This document shows, in pieces, positions 24,490 to 38,446 of a DNA stretch of 64,000 bases. This DNA is from Octopus vulgaris. Lineage: Eukaryota. The stretch lies in NCBI GenBank assembly GCA_951406725.2, contig OX597820.1, positions 86,242,001-86,306,000 of the forward strand. Reading direction: 5' to 3'. The position numbers were made by a program, and so were the translations under genes. Below the pieces are notes generated by a model. It did no database searches, was not told where the DNA came from, and saw only the letters and a program-made list of their open reading frames with translations. The first letter of the stretch is position 1; every line of letters starts with the position of its first letter.

Positions 24490-25305
24490 GGCGATAGTCA
24501 AAGTCAAATTACAGGAAAATATTCTCTGAGCTATAAGTTAACGCGAAATGCACTGGATATTACACACTCTTTTTGTTTTCCTTTCTGAAGGTTAGTGAAC
24601 TGCATGTCACCATAGCCATTGTCTAACATCACCTGCGGACTTACTGACCACAGAAAAACTGCGGATTCTCTTCTCGAGAAACAAATATCTCACTTCCTCT
24701 TTTACCAATATTTTTAGTTAAGCTACTTTCTACACTGAAATTTTTGTTTGAACAGTGTTATCAGAGCATATATCAAGTTCTACTATCACCAACATTCACT
24801 TCTCATCACATGATTACCAGAAATATAGATTTCCTGTTAATCAGGCTCAAAGTCTCACCTTCCCTTGTTCTTTTACATTGATTTGCTAATTCAACTATTC
24901 TGCGATTCAATTCACTCTAGTTCTATATTCTTGATAATTTTCTCACTTAACGAGCCTCTGCAGTAGTCATCCTCAGTAAATTCAATATTCATATCTCCTC
25001 TTAGTTCTATTCTTTTTCCCAAACTAATGCAGCTGGTTCGTAAGAGGAATTTTTTAATTAGTGCAATAGTTATCCTTGCATCACACATATCTCTGAGTGC
25101 TACATAGCCTTCTCAAACAGAGTTCATCTCGTTCTGACTTCAAAACTTAGTGTTTACCACATGCTGCGCTCTCTGTGTTTAGCAGATCGAACGATAATTT
25201 CAGCTAACCACATCATGCGGTATTATTGCTCTCTCTGATCAATGCTCTATTAATACTAGTGTATGTTTGTTTACGTCAACTAGACCTAAACTCCTAAAAA
25301 TTATT

Positions 25306-25640
25306 CTTTTCTACTCTAGGCACAAGGCGTGGAATTTTGGGGGCGGATGAAAGGCAAAGTCGACCTCAGTGGAATTTGAACTCAGAACGTAAAGACAAAC
25401 AAAATAGCTATTTATTTATTGCCCACAAGGGGCTAAACATAGGGGGGACAAACAAGGACAGACAGAGGAATTAAGTCGATTACATCGACCCCAGTGCGTA
25501 ACTGGTACTTAGTTAATCCACCCCGAAAGGATGAAAGGCAAAGTTGACCTCGGCGGAATGTGAACTCAGAACGTAGCGGCAGACGAAATAACGCTAAGCA
25601 TTTCGCCCGACTTGCTAACGTTTCTGCCAGCTCGCCGCTT
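25306..25640 (-). mobile_element. Meta/MESC-like tRNA SINE, complete unit plus a partial unit with a different tail
   Basis: Head GCGGCGAGCTGGCAGAAACGTTAGC...GAGTTCACATTCC, central GCCTTTCATCCTTTCGGGG and tail CCCCTTGTGGGCAATAAAT. The partial unit ends in CCTTGTGCCTAGAGTAGAAAAG. Confidence 0.88.
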
Positions 25641-26285
25641 TTCTCCACAAGCATATTGATATGTTTAAGTGTTTTTATAAGAAATCGCGATTCTCCGCTG
25701 TTACCTTTGAGAAATACAGAAGTTTGAAACCATGTTTGTTTACGTCAACTAAAACTAAACTCCTAAAAATTATTGACCTTCTCGTCGACTCAAAAACTGC
25801 TCTATTTAAACATACTTGACATTCCTCACCTACGCATTATTTACGCAGTTTGGTACACGAGCTTTCTTGATTCCAAATTTAAATTCTGAGGAAAGGTCAC
25901 TACTATTGTGTAGTTCTATCTCTGATCAACATATCAACGTTCCAAAGTGATTCTCCTTTCCGTGTATTGAAATTTAGTATTGTTCAGCTGCACTGACACG
26001 ATTTTCTTTATCAAATAGTAAACAAGTAGGCTGTGTTTCCAAGACCATCACATTCTTATTAACATTGCTGAAACTGAAGCGGTTGATAATGTTTATAAAC
26101 ACCTACAAGTTTAACGTTTCTGAGAAAAATATTGTGAGCTAATCAAAGACATTGATTTTGCGCTCCAAAGTTGACCAACGATAATTGATGCCTCACGGAG
26201 AACTGAGGAACAGAGAGCCTCAGTACACGATGGAAGGCGATTAGTATTTCGAAAATTTTGACGCGAATTAGAACAAAAATAGGAG

Positions 26286-26338
26286 GACGATGTTGTTGTT
26301 GTTGTTGTTATTGTCGTCGTCGTTGTTGCTGCTGCTGT

Positions 26339-26417
<79 letters not shown>

Positions 26418-26422
26418 GGTGT

Positions 26423-26453
<31 letters not shown>

Positions 26454-26548
26454 GGTGATGGTGGTGCTGGTGGTTGTGGTGGTGTTGACGATAACGATGA
26501 TGATGATGATGATGATGATGTTGCTGCTGCTGCTGTTGTTGTTGTTGT
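26286..26548. repeat. Compound trinucleotide array (TTG/ATG/GTG/CTG)
   Basis: Direct reading. Confidence 0.95.
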
Positions 26549-27028
26549 GCTGAAGTCTTTAATTCTTCTCAGCGGGAGAGCAGCTAATGGATGCAGAATT
26601 CAATTTCTGATTTAAGCCAATTTTTTTTACTCTTTTGTTCCCAAATGTCAATGAGAATACTACAAACATCACACCGACACATTTTTCCCAAGTGTTGACA
26701 AACCTTATACGGAACAGAAAAAAAACAACAGCTGACTCAGAAATTTTTAAATAATTTTATTTCTATTCTGTGAATAATAATTACCTCCATTAAATAAACC
26801 ACACCAACAGTGCACTTTTAGTTCAGTAGAAGTGACACATTTTTTTTCAAAACACGGGTAAACCAATGAAAGAAGAGGATATAAATTCTTGTTGATATTC
26901 TATAAAATAAGACAAACATGATTTAGGGAAAATAGCCTTGACGATATTGATCTGAGGTTATATAAGTGACCCATTAAGACGTGGAAAGGTTTGAAAAACA
27001 CCACAGAGAGAAGAGTACTAAACTACTG

Positions 27029-27070
<42 letters not shown>

Positions 27071-27137
27071 GCGCTTCTTTTTTTTTCTCTTTACTCTTTC
27101 CTATTAATCTAAATTTTACCTTGATGATGAATAAGAC

Positions 27138-27290
<153 letters not shown>

Positions 27291-28049
27291 CAGCGACGCG
27301 TTGGTAATGATTGATGAAAATGACAAAGATAATAATGAACGGTGATGATGGTGTTCGATGATAATGAAAGTGATGATGAAGCATGCGATGTATTTGATGA
27401 GGAAGATGATGATGTTTTTTTTTTCCTGCTATTATTGCCCAACATGTATTAATTTCGCCGAAGCTATTTTGATGGCATTGTTGTTGTTCTTATTGCTGTC
27501 AATGTTGCTGTTGTTGTTGTTGTTGTAGATGGAGAATCGAAGCTCCCAATTTCCTGTTGCTTACGACTGAACTCATTGATTGGTCGAACATCCTACTTAC
27601 AAGAAAAGATGATGAAGAAGAAGAAGAACGGTGTGGGCAGTGGGAGAGAAGTTGTTTTTACCACTTCGTGTTGATAACATCTAACGAAGTAACTGCGCTT
27701 AAAGAACAATGGCAACAGCAGCAGCAGCAACAATAACAACAACAACTGTAATACTCAGAGCATCAATATCAAGAACTTCGCCAGTTACATCATCCAGCGC
27801 CACCACCACCGCCAACAACAACAACACTGTCACCGCCACCACCAGCACCATCGTTTTACAGCCATCTGCATCGTCACCAACATCACCATCACTACCGCTT
27901 TCACTAGTACAACAACAGTACTGCAAACCCGACCAGTAGCGTTCTCTCAAAAGACAGCACCAACAACAACACTCTCAAAGCAACACCAGCATCATCCCTA
28001 CCAACAACATTAATACTCAGACACCATCAAAAATCAACTACAAATGCTA

Positions 28050-28279
28050 CCTATTTCTTTGCTGCCCACAAGGGGCTACACACAGAGGGGTCAGATTAAG
28101 TCGATTATATTGACGGATTAAGTCGATTATATTGACCCCAGTGCGTAACTGGTACTTATTTAATCGACCCCGAAAGGATGAAAGGCAAAGTCGACCTCGG
28201 CGGAATTTGAACTTAGAACGTAAAGACAGACGAAATACTGCTAAGCATTTCGCCCGGCGTGCTTAACGTTTCTGCCAAC
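28050..28279 (-). mobile_element. Meta/MESC-like tRNA SINE
   Basis: Homologous to 25410-25635, with a small internal duplication of GATTAAGTCGATTATATTGAC. Confidence 0.88.
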
Positions 28280-28596
28280 CACAAATGCTCCCACCATCAT
28301 CATTATTGATAATACCACCAACGTACACTAATATCAGCTATACCATGTTCATCAACAACACCGCCAACACCAATACTAGTGTAACAGCACCATCCACAAG
28401 AGCACCAACACCAAGGGATCGAACACACAACCACCAAATGTGACAGTGACACAACCATCAGCAATAGCAGCAACATGATCCCCGTTACCACAGCCACCAA
28501 CTCTGCCGCGACCACCGCCTCCAAATCGTCGAGCAACAGATACTTCCTTCCATCACCACCGGTTGACATAGTCAAGATGCAGACATTTTGCGAAAA

Positions 28597-28600
28597 CAGC

Positions 28601-28690
<90 letters not shown>

Positions 28691-28697
28691 GGTGGTG

Positions 28698-28794
<97 letters not shown>

Positions 28795-28798
28795 CAGT

Positions 28799-28878
<80 letters not shown>

Positions 28879-28880
28879 CA
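28597..28880. repeat. (TAG)n/(TGG)n/(CAG)n compound microsatellite
   Basis: Direct reading. Confidence 0.97.
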
Positions 28881-29111
28881 ATTTAGTGTTTTATTAAAAC
28901 TGCTGGTTTCTTATGTAAGACAGCGGCAGCTGTGCGGGAGGAGGTTCTTGTCAATTATAGAGAAATCTGTTCCGAGTATTTCACTGGTATCCTTTCGATC
29001 GATGTCAAAACGATGTCTTCAGACTTGAAATCACAGCTTATTGGAACATAAATAAATGCTGCAAGGCATTCTGGGTTTCTTATCATAACAAAATAAAAAT
29101 AATAACAACAA

Positions 29112-29508
29112 TCAGGAGTTAGTCGATTACAGCGATCCCAGCTCTCAACTGATACTTGCTTTATCGACTATGAAGGGCGAAAAGGAAATTCGACTTCAGT
29201 GGAATTTGTATTCAGAGCATAAAAACGGATGGGATATCTCAAAGCATTTTGTTCCGCGTGCTAATAATTCTTCCAGCTCACCGCTCTAGCAATGATAATA
29301 ATAATACTTTCCAATGGTGGCACAAGGCCTCGAATTTGTCGGAAGAAGACTAGTCGATTACACTGGCCTCAGTGTCTCACTGGTACTTAATTTATTGACT
29401 CCGAAAGGATGAAAAGCAAACACGAGCTCGGTGGAATTTGAACTCAGACGGGTGAAATACCGCTAAGCATGTCTCCCAGCGGGTTAACGATTCTACCAGC
29501 TCACTGCC

Positions 29509-29510
<2 letters not shown>
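29112..29510 (-). mobile_element. Two adjacent older Meta/MESC-like SINE copies
   Basis: 29112-29287 and 29305-29510 each show GTCGATTACA...GTACTT...GGAATTTG.A.TCAGA...CCAGCTCAC. Confidence 0.8.
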
Positions 29511-29581
<71 letters not shown>

Positions 29582-29686
29582 TGATGATGATGATGATGAT
29601 AATGATGATGATGATGATGATGATGACGATGATGATGACTATGACGATGACGATGATGATGATGATGATTATGATGATGATAGTAA
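29511..29686. repeat. (AAT)n-(GAT)n-(GAC) compound microsatellite
   Basis: Direct reading; abuts the Dong fragment. Confidence 0.97.
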
Positions 29687-30525
29687 TCTTAAGAAAGAAA
29701 CCGAGAGTACTATACTGGCTGCACAAGACTCACATTAGGCCACGAACAGGAGGGTCAACCTTAGGAATGAGCAAGTCTCTCCACTGTGCCGCATCTGTAA
29801 CAGAATGGATGAAACCATTGCCCAACCACTACAAGGTGTGGCGACACGACCAGGTAGCGAAAGTGCTCTATTGGAAACTGTACTAAAAGTGGGGGTTAGA
29901 AAGAGGCAAGACGCGTTATGAGCATAAACTCCAAAGAATGATGGAGTCGACGACTAGCAAATTCCTCTGGGATTTCCCAATCTTAACAGATCAGGAGCTA
30001 GGGCATTACAGAGCGGACTTCGTGGTGGTGAACAAGGTGTACCACATGTGCTACATAGTTGGTGCTCTATGCCCATTTGACCCACGAATATTCAAAAAGG
30101 AAAGCGATAAGGTAGATAGATACAACCCTCTTAAGTACGAAATAGCCCGGCTATGGAAAATGGAAAAGGTGAAGACAGTGCCAATTATTGTGGGTGCTTC
30201 GAAACAGTATCAGAAGGCATTTGGAAGGAAAGTAGAATAGAGTGCAGAATAGAACTGTTACAAAATGCTTACCTTCCTAAGGAAGGTAAGCATTTGAAGA
30301 ATATGAAGGAAATCGGAATAAAATGCCTTGTAGAACAGTTGCAAAATTTTTGCTTCCTTGGCACGGCCAGAAATATCAGGTAAGTTTTGGTTAAATAAAA
30401 GAACAAATAGCACGGTACCGTAAGCTGCAGACAGCAAGCGCGCTACGCATGCAAGACTCCAGAGGTTCCAACAAAACCTGAGTTGAAAAAGAGTAATGAG
30501 AATGATAGAAAATAAGAAGAGTGTA
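29687..30525 (+). mobile_element. R4/Dong-type LINE 3' fragment (zinc knuckle plus RLE), decayed
   Basis: Peptides LKKETESTILAAQD, RHDQVAKVLYWKL, LWDFPILTD...RADFVV...KVDRYNPLKYEIARLW...VPIIVGA and FLGTARNIR. Confidence 0.88.
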
Positions 30526-31136
30526 ACGCGATTTACAATATTTCAACACATGATCTTCTTCAGGTTCATATTTACATGTATGCATATGTATATATCAACT
30601 TGCATGTATAAGTTTGTTTCAATATTATTATCGTCATGAATTACGTAAGCATACACGTTTTTCACAAGCGAATACCCGTACGTTGTGCCATGATGTGTAC
30701 ATAAACTATTGCATAATAAGTTTGAAACGCTGATCTTCAGGGGAATATTGTTATTCAGTTCAGCACTACATCCCAGCATAAGTTGGTTCACAGTGCGAAG
30801 ACAGAGCTGTATATCAAGTAAAGAGAAAATTCTTTTTATAGCAATTAACAAAGAAGCGAGCTTGTATTTTAGTATTACTAGTGAAATAAACAGAACTTGA
30901 GAAGGCTAACAATACTGTAGACTCCATGTCTAAGAGGAAAAGAAGGTCAACTATGTAAGCTGTCATATTTGAAAAACATTTCTTAGTTAACAATGATAAA
31001 TAGTTTAGTAGGTAATTATGGTAGGAGCTGAGACATTGTTAACGGAAAGCAACCGTACATACACGTTCACACACAAAGATGCGCTAACACAAGTATAAAT
31101 AAATATAACTTTTTATATTAACACACACACATATAC

Positions 31137-31192
<56 letters not shown>

Positions 31193-31494
31193 ATGTGTGT
31201 GTGTGTACATACATGCATACACGCATATATAGACACATTCTTATCAACATACGAGGCTGAGACTGCTCAAATACGTACATACATCTATACGTATTCACAT
31301 CCATTTCTATATAGATGTCAATGATACTCAGACGAACCCAACTTCAAGTAAAACATCCTGATGCAATTTCTGAGATGATAATCTATTCAGATTTAAATAA
31401 AATTAAGATGTGGTTACTGATTTAGTTATTAGAAAGTGAGGTGTCTCCTTAGTTATATATCGCTGTTGATACTTAGAAATCTATATACAAAAAT

Positions 31495-31650
31495 TCTTTC
31501 TATTATAGACATAAATGGTAGATATTCTATTGGCACCGAAAAGATGAAAGATCGTCGATCTTGGCAGAATTAGAACCCAAAACATGAAGACTGATGAAAT
31601 GCTGCTAAGCATTTTTACAGCATGCTAAAGATTCTGCCAGCCTACTGTCT
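31495..31650 (-). mobile_element. Degenerate Meta/MESC-like SINE
   Basis: CCGAAAAGATGAAAG...GAAATGCTGCTAAGCATTT...TTCTGCCAGC. Confidence 0.7.
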
Positions 31651-31653
31651 TAA

Positions 31654-31666
31654 ATGATGATGATGG

Positions 31667-31701
<35 letters not shown>

Positions 31702-31752
31702 TCGACGACGACGACGACGATGATGATGATGTAATAATAATAATAATAGTAA

Positions 31753-31843
<91 letters not shown>
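31654..31843. repeat. (GAT)n/(GAC)n/(TAG)n/(AAT)n compound microsatellite at the LINE 3' end
   Basis: Direct reading. Confidence 0.95.
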
Positions 31844-34768
31844 TTCTTTTATTTGCCACCAGGGCAAAGGATGAGGGGGACAATATAAAGACAGACATAA
31901 AGTGTGTGGGTTTACATGTAACGGCATAAATTAGAAGGGACATATACATAGTATGCGACACTAGAAAAAGAGGGGAAAAAGTTATAGTGATGGGTTCCCT
32001 CTGATACAGGCGGACCTCTAAGGATTATCCAGGTACCCCGCCATCCAAGATCATTCTGGATACCAGGTACGATACCAACTTATTTCTTTCGTCTCACAGG
32101 TCTACACTGAGAGTAATACCACCCACTTTTGCCATTTTCGCAACTTTCACCCACCTCTTCATAAATCCACTCGATCATATCACCTCGCTCTCCACCCTTA
32201 GTTTCCCTTTCAAGTGAAACTTGAAAACGTCGATGAGGGCTTTACCAAAGAGAAATGTTTCTATCCTCTTTCGCCACAACCACCAGGCAAAGGAAACCTG
32301 CCCTGCCAGCCTGATTAAAGGAGGGCGGCGGAGTATCTTCCAAGAGGCTGCGAAAGAAATCTGGCATGAAAACATAGAATTTATGGGGTAATCGCTCATC
32401 GCCTCCCCTATTTCAGAGGCTGTAATCGGTTTTTCGCAGAATCTCGCGTCCGTCACCGAGGTACGAAGGAAGTTCGCTACCGTCGTCGACCCATCACCCT
32501 CCTCAAACAGACGCGCTAAGTGCTGCTGGAAAGCCACACACAACTGCTCGGAATCGAGTAGCATGCGTTCGTCCTGATCATGATTTTGTTTCCACGTCGA
32601 GTCTCTACTGTTCGGGCCTATGGGATGGTTTTAGTTCCTTCTTGTTTTAGCGCACGGACCTTAGCCGTGACAATGCACCCTTCGTGTTTCGTCTCAAAGA
32701 AATGGTCAAAGGCCATTCTCGCCGCTAACACGACGATCGCAATGCCTTTAGTAATAACCTTTTCTAGTTTGCTAATTAGTTCTCCCTCTAATCTATTTCT
32801 TTCTGTTGCTAAATCTTTGCTATCGATTTTACTCTAATCGCTACCTTTAGAGTAATCCTGTCAACTGCCGCTTAACTAGTTTGCTAATCCGGTCCCCTGT
32901 AGTGTTTGCGAGCCGGTAAGGACGCATTCAACTTCTAGTAACCGGTCCCTGTCTACGGGTCCTATCTAAATCGACTGAGCATATAAAAAATTTGTGATCT
33001 GTGTAACCAATCAATTTAGATTGTGGGCAACCTAGGCTGTCTCTATCATCTAACCTAACAAATACTCTAAGTACGATCTGGATGATTCGCTGTGGTTTCT
33101 CCATGTCCACGTTGCTACGTCAGAAAGCTGGAAAGTCCTGGGCAGGTATTCGAGGATTTTACACCCCTTTCTAATATGTTCTAAACCCACAAAGTCTTTC
33201 CGTGCTCCCAAAATACTATTCCAATCCCCCATTATCACTAAACTACGAAACTTTCCCAAAAGTGTTTCTATATGCCTGAAGAAATATGGCCTTCCAGTCC
33301 CTGTTGGGGCATAGACCGACACCTGTCTAAAAGCGCCACCTTTGCTGCCATTCACGTCCAGGTTCACCACCCTACCAACCGGGTCCAGGAAGATAGCACG
33401 TACCTGGATATCTAAGGATTTCCGAAGTAGCACTGCAAAACCGCCAGCCGCTCCCGATAGACCACAAGATGAGAAAACCCAAATAGTCCTCGAAAATTGA
33501 TGTTAGGACGTGTTTTCCGGAGATCCTTGTTTCGCTAATGGCAGCCACATACGAATCAAGTGACCTGAGATCATCGAGCAATTGACTATGCTTAGAATCT
33601 GATCCCAGACGACACACGTTGTTGCACCCCATTCTCAGCACGACCATGCTAATTGGAGAAAAAAATGAGGAGGTTACTTACCTTGATTTTCGAGAAGCCC
33701 GAAAGTTCTGAGCCTCTCTACAGGCGAATTCTTTTTCAAAAGGACCTTCCAACAGCATTTTATTAACAGATTTTTTTTAATCCTCACTCTACCTGGGAAT
33801 TTTTATAAATGTCTGAAGACGTTTTAATTAAGTGTCTGCCTTTTGGGGGTCTTGAGGATGAAATCTTCAAATTCCTTCCCTTCTGTCTCTATTTTGTTTT
33901 TGTTTTGTCTTACAAAATCTATCAATTCACTGTTATACTTGTTCACAACAGAGAAATTGATGGGTACATTTCGTCTACCGTCTGATCAATATTTTTGAAG
34001 TTCTCTAATTGGTTGTTTCTGTGTTTTTGTGATTTTGTGGATGATGTTGCTGTTTTTGAAGTTGTTGATCTTGTTCTTGTTGTTTTTGTTGGAGTGGTTG
34101 TGATTTGTGTTGCAGTTGTGGTTTCAGAATAAGTTTCTGTTGATTTCTTGGAGTAGAGCCGTGTGTTCTCCTCTTTCACTTACACCCTTTTGTCACTATG
34201 ATTCATTGATCGTTCAGCTCTTCTTTCTCCATATATCTGCAGTTGATGTTGGTTTGGAAGGAAGAACATTCAGGAGAAACTTACTTTTCCGTGGCAACCG
34301 GGGGCAGATTCCTTATTTGTCTTGGTTTGGGAGTGCGTGTGAGCGTGAGCGAGTGTGTGGAATTAGGTGTAGGAGTCTTGAGCACTTGTTTATGATTTTG
34401 CACTTGTGGAGTTTGTAATGTTGGCAGCAGTGCGACTTTATTTTCCTCGATTCAAGGCAGAAAGCCTTTCAGTGATTTACAGATCCACATATGTGACATC
34501 TTGGCTTTCTACACTCCACAAAACTGACAGGTGAGTACCATTCGTGAGATCGATTAGATAGGACAGATGGTCGATATGGTCCTGCTTGCATTGTAATGTC
34601 AATTCCATACCTACACCAATTTTGCTTAGGTAGTTTTTTCACCTCCAGTATTATGAGATCATTTTCATCTACACTTATCAAGACGGCCGCCATTAACCAG
34701 ATAATGGATATATCTGGCGGCACATTCAGCACCCTAATCTTGGTGAGGCGTTGGCACATTATTACTTG
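31843..34768 (-). mobile_element. Tx1/L1-type LINE: partial ORF1, APE endonuclease, RT deleted, C-terminus and 3' UTR
   Basis: ORF1 has KIRVLNVPPDI and a CCHC knuckle CHICGSVNH*KAFC. ORF2 has GCNNVCRL...AAISETR, VSVYAP, MGDWNSIL, TWTW...SRSYL and GYTDHK. The element ends in AATAAAAGAAATT plus (ATT)n. Confidence 0.9.
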
Positions 34769-35490
34769 CAGAATCCGACAAGGAACGTCACAGAATATTG
34801 GATGTAGTAATCAGAGCAAGTGAGAAGTTTCTATTCATAAATTGCAAGGAGACAGAGGGTATCGCGGTGACAAAGAAAGGAAGCCCAAAGTGCATGCTGA
34901 AAGGGAACAATCAAATCATTAAGTCCGTATCATCCTTCAACTACCTTGATGCAAGACATGTGAAAGAAATCAAAAGACGAATAGTGCAGGCAAAATCTAC
35001 ATTCTCAAAATTATATATCATCTTTAATAACCGTACTCTGAGTATCAATACCAAGATCCCTATATTGAGCTGTTACGTCTACCCTATGTTAATGCATGGG
35101 AGTGAAGCATGGTTTATTATATCAGAAATGAGAAGGTGCTTGGAGAGCTGTGAAATATGGTTCGTAAGGAGTATATTGAGGTTATCTGGGACGAAAAAAG
35201 TGTCTAATGAAGAGGTGATAAATAAGAAACTTCTTTGTGAGATAAGGGCCAAATAACTGAGATTTCTCGCTCATGTAATGAGGAAAGAGGGTCTGAAGAA
35301 TAGGCGATGACCGAAAAGATTGAAGGGAGAAGTAGCAGAGAAAGAAGGATGATATTGATGTCAAGTTTGACGAACTGGTTGGAAGAAAGAAGCATTAAAC
35401 ATCTAGAAATGTAACTGTTACAGTAAACAAAGAACAGAGAATCGTAATAGGACATGATTGCCTACATTCTGGACATAGCACCTCAAGGAG
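34768..35490 (+). mobile_element. 5'-truncated RTE-type LINE (RT C-terminal region)
   Basis: ORF 34798-35256 contains FNYL, EIKRRIVQAKSTF, TKIPILSCYVYPMLMHGSEAW and SILRLSGTKKVSNEEV, followed by LRFLAHVMR and KIEGRSSR. Confidence 0.9.
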
Positions 35491-36454
35491 ATTGTTTATT
35501 ACTTTATGTAGACAAGGGTATTTTTATCGATGTATTCAAGATGTTTGTTTAACTAAAAGATAGCTCTCCTGCTTGCAGTATATTTCGGGTAACTAATTTG
35601 CGTTTCCTATTAAAACATGCAGAGCTTTAGTAGGGTGCGGTCATATACTTCCTTATTTACAGTATTGCTGCGATGACCAATAATTGTTCATATTTAGTGT
35701 TCGAAGAGTTAAGGTGAAATATATTACTATCTAGTCTAGTTGAATTGCCCTCACTTCCAAAATTGCAATAAATAAATTTCCTCTTTAGTTTATATGCTAT
35801 CGTGTCTTCGTACTGTCAATCAAATTATGTTTGTATGTAGTACTGAACTGAATTACAATTTAACATCCGTCGTTTCAGTCCTATTATGCAATCATTTACG
35901 TAAACGATTATCACATAACATAATGATATTCATTAGCCTTTGCCTGTAACGTAAGATTTCGGAGTTTATAATTTTGTCATGTATGCACTTAGATAAACTG
36001 TCCTGCTTTATTCTGATTTCTTATTAACAGCTAACCTACTGACCAGGCCTTACTTACCCTTCTCACCCAACTGATGTCAACAGTAATTAACAGAAATATC
36101 TTGAGCATATCATATACGCATGCGTAATGTTCACAATGCTTTGTGTCAGATACTACATATTTTAACTACGAGTATTGTTTCTAGTATTTATGTGTGTGTG
36201 TATGTGAGTGACAGAGAAAGAATGAGTGTGTGTGTGTGAGTTTGAGTGATCATGTATGCGTGTGTATGCATGTTTAAGTTAACTTTTAGTGTGGTTGGGT
36301 TTATTTTTCCCTCATATATGTGGCTTTGTTTATCGTAAATTCTGATGCTTGTACGCTTGTGTTTCTCTTCCCAACCTTCTTTCTTTCTCTCTCTCCCTCA
36401 CACACACGCACACTCTCTAACTCTCTCTCACTCACTCGCTATCTCATTCTCTTT

Positions 36455-36506
<52 letters not shown>

Positions 36507-36759
36507 ATATATATTTGTGTATGTGTGCGTGTGCGAGTGTTCATATGTGCTTACTGCAGCTATTAATCTGTGTGGGTTTACGCGAATGCGCTTGGCAGTT
36601 ACATATAGGAATAGAGCTTAAATGTAAGAGACTGAGTCTTTGAAGATATGTACGTGTGTGTGTATGCATACAAACATACATACATACATACATACATACA
36701 TACATACATACAAACGTACATAGATACATACATACACACACACACATATATATATATAT

Positions 36760-36798
<39 letters not shown>

Positions 36799-38175
36799 CA
36801 TACATACATACATACATACATGCTTACACACACACATACATACAACCACACACACATAGACATACACACACACAAACACACTCACACACAGTCACACAGA
36901 TTTGCATGTATGTATATGTATATATGTGTGTGTGTGCGGGCATGGCATGTATTCTCACGTGTATATGCGTGTGGAGTCTTTCGGATGAAATAGAGTTTTA
37001 TACGAAATGACAGATATGAAATGAGGAAGTAGATTTTAAGGGACAGGGCAGTTGAAACATTATGTGGATGTATTTGATTGTGCTGTCATACAACAATCAC
37101 TGGATTACCGTGTGTACTCCATGTATCTCAGGGTACTTGTTAAAGTGTATGTGTAAATCTAAGCACATTATGTGTGAGTGTGTGCATATGTGTTTAATCC
37201 TGTGTATGTAGTTGTGTTTTATTATTATATATTGATATGTTAGACTATGTAAGCGTCCGTACGTGCGATTGCGTGGGTTTTGTCTTCACTAATATATGTT
37301 GTTAAATCAATTTTGATGCTGATGTGAGCGCATTTAACTGCCCGCATATGTGTGCGCATGCGCCTATTGGTATGGATGTGTTGGTGAGCGTTTAACGTAG
37401 CACTATGATGTTTATCTACATTAGCTTGATTGTACGCGTGTTTGGGAATATATTTGGGAATACAGGCTGATGGGAATATATGTATGTATTCATGTTTGTG
37501 TGCGTGCGTGTATTTGTGAGTTCTTTTACTTGCCCATGTGTCGGTACGATCTGCGTTTGCGCTGCTTTGTCTGCTTAATCTTTGTGTGTGCTTTACGTGT
37601 GATCAAACTTGTATAGTTGAAGTAGTGTGTGTGTTTCTAGGAGGTTTATTGTGTGTGTTTATGTACGTATGCATTTGCGTTTGCGCTGTGTGTGTGCGTG
37701 TGTATCATGATATACTAGCATGTTATGTAAGCTCGTGTGTGAATATATGTGGTGTATGTGTTGTACTTGATGATTGTGTGTGCGATGAATATTGGGTTAA
37801 TACGATCTGTAAGAATAACAATTTAGTGAAAGATAACAATAAAGACCACCGCAACCAATAACAATAGGAACACAACAACAACAATACCATCTTCTACGTT
37901 CATTGGAGGACCATCAACAATACGACCAACAATAGCAACTGCAAACGTAATTAAGAGAATAACAAGCAACAACAAGAGTAACAACAACAACGGCAGAATG
38001 TCGTGCGATAAGGACTTTCAACAATCAGGAGATAAGTTCAATCGTTTATTGATTATCGATTCCAGTGTTGACAGACTGTCTAAAATAATAAGAAAGGAAG
38101 ATGAAGTGGTATTGGAGAAAATAATGGAAGATGAATAGTGTATGATAATTAGAGAGGGAGATAGATAGATAGATG

Positions 38176-38253
<78 letters not shown>

Positions 38254-38383
38254 TAGATAAATAGATAGACGTGCACAGGGAGAAAAATCAAAGAGAGAAT
38301 GGGGAGAGATAAGTGGACAGAGCTTGTATGGATTAACTTATTCTATAAACTCGACCGTATATAATAATGGTTCTGATAAATGT

Positions 38384-38446
<63 letters not shown>

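Noticed and set aside
24550-26270. Possible old coding transposon remnant around the SINE
   Set aside because: No recognisable motif in any frame by eye; it needs a translated search against repeat proteins.
27709-28560. Thr/Ser-rich mucin-like ORFs
   Set aside because: Decayed (CAA/CAC/CAG)n sequence interrupted by a SINE, with stops in all frames.
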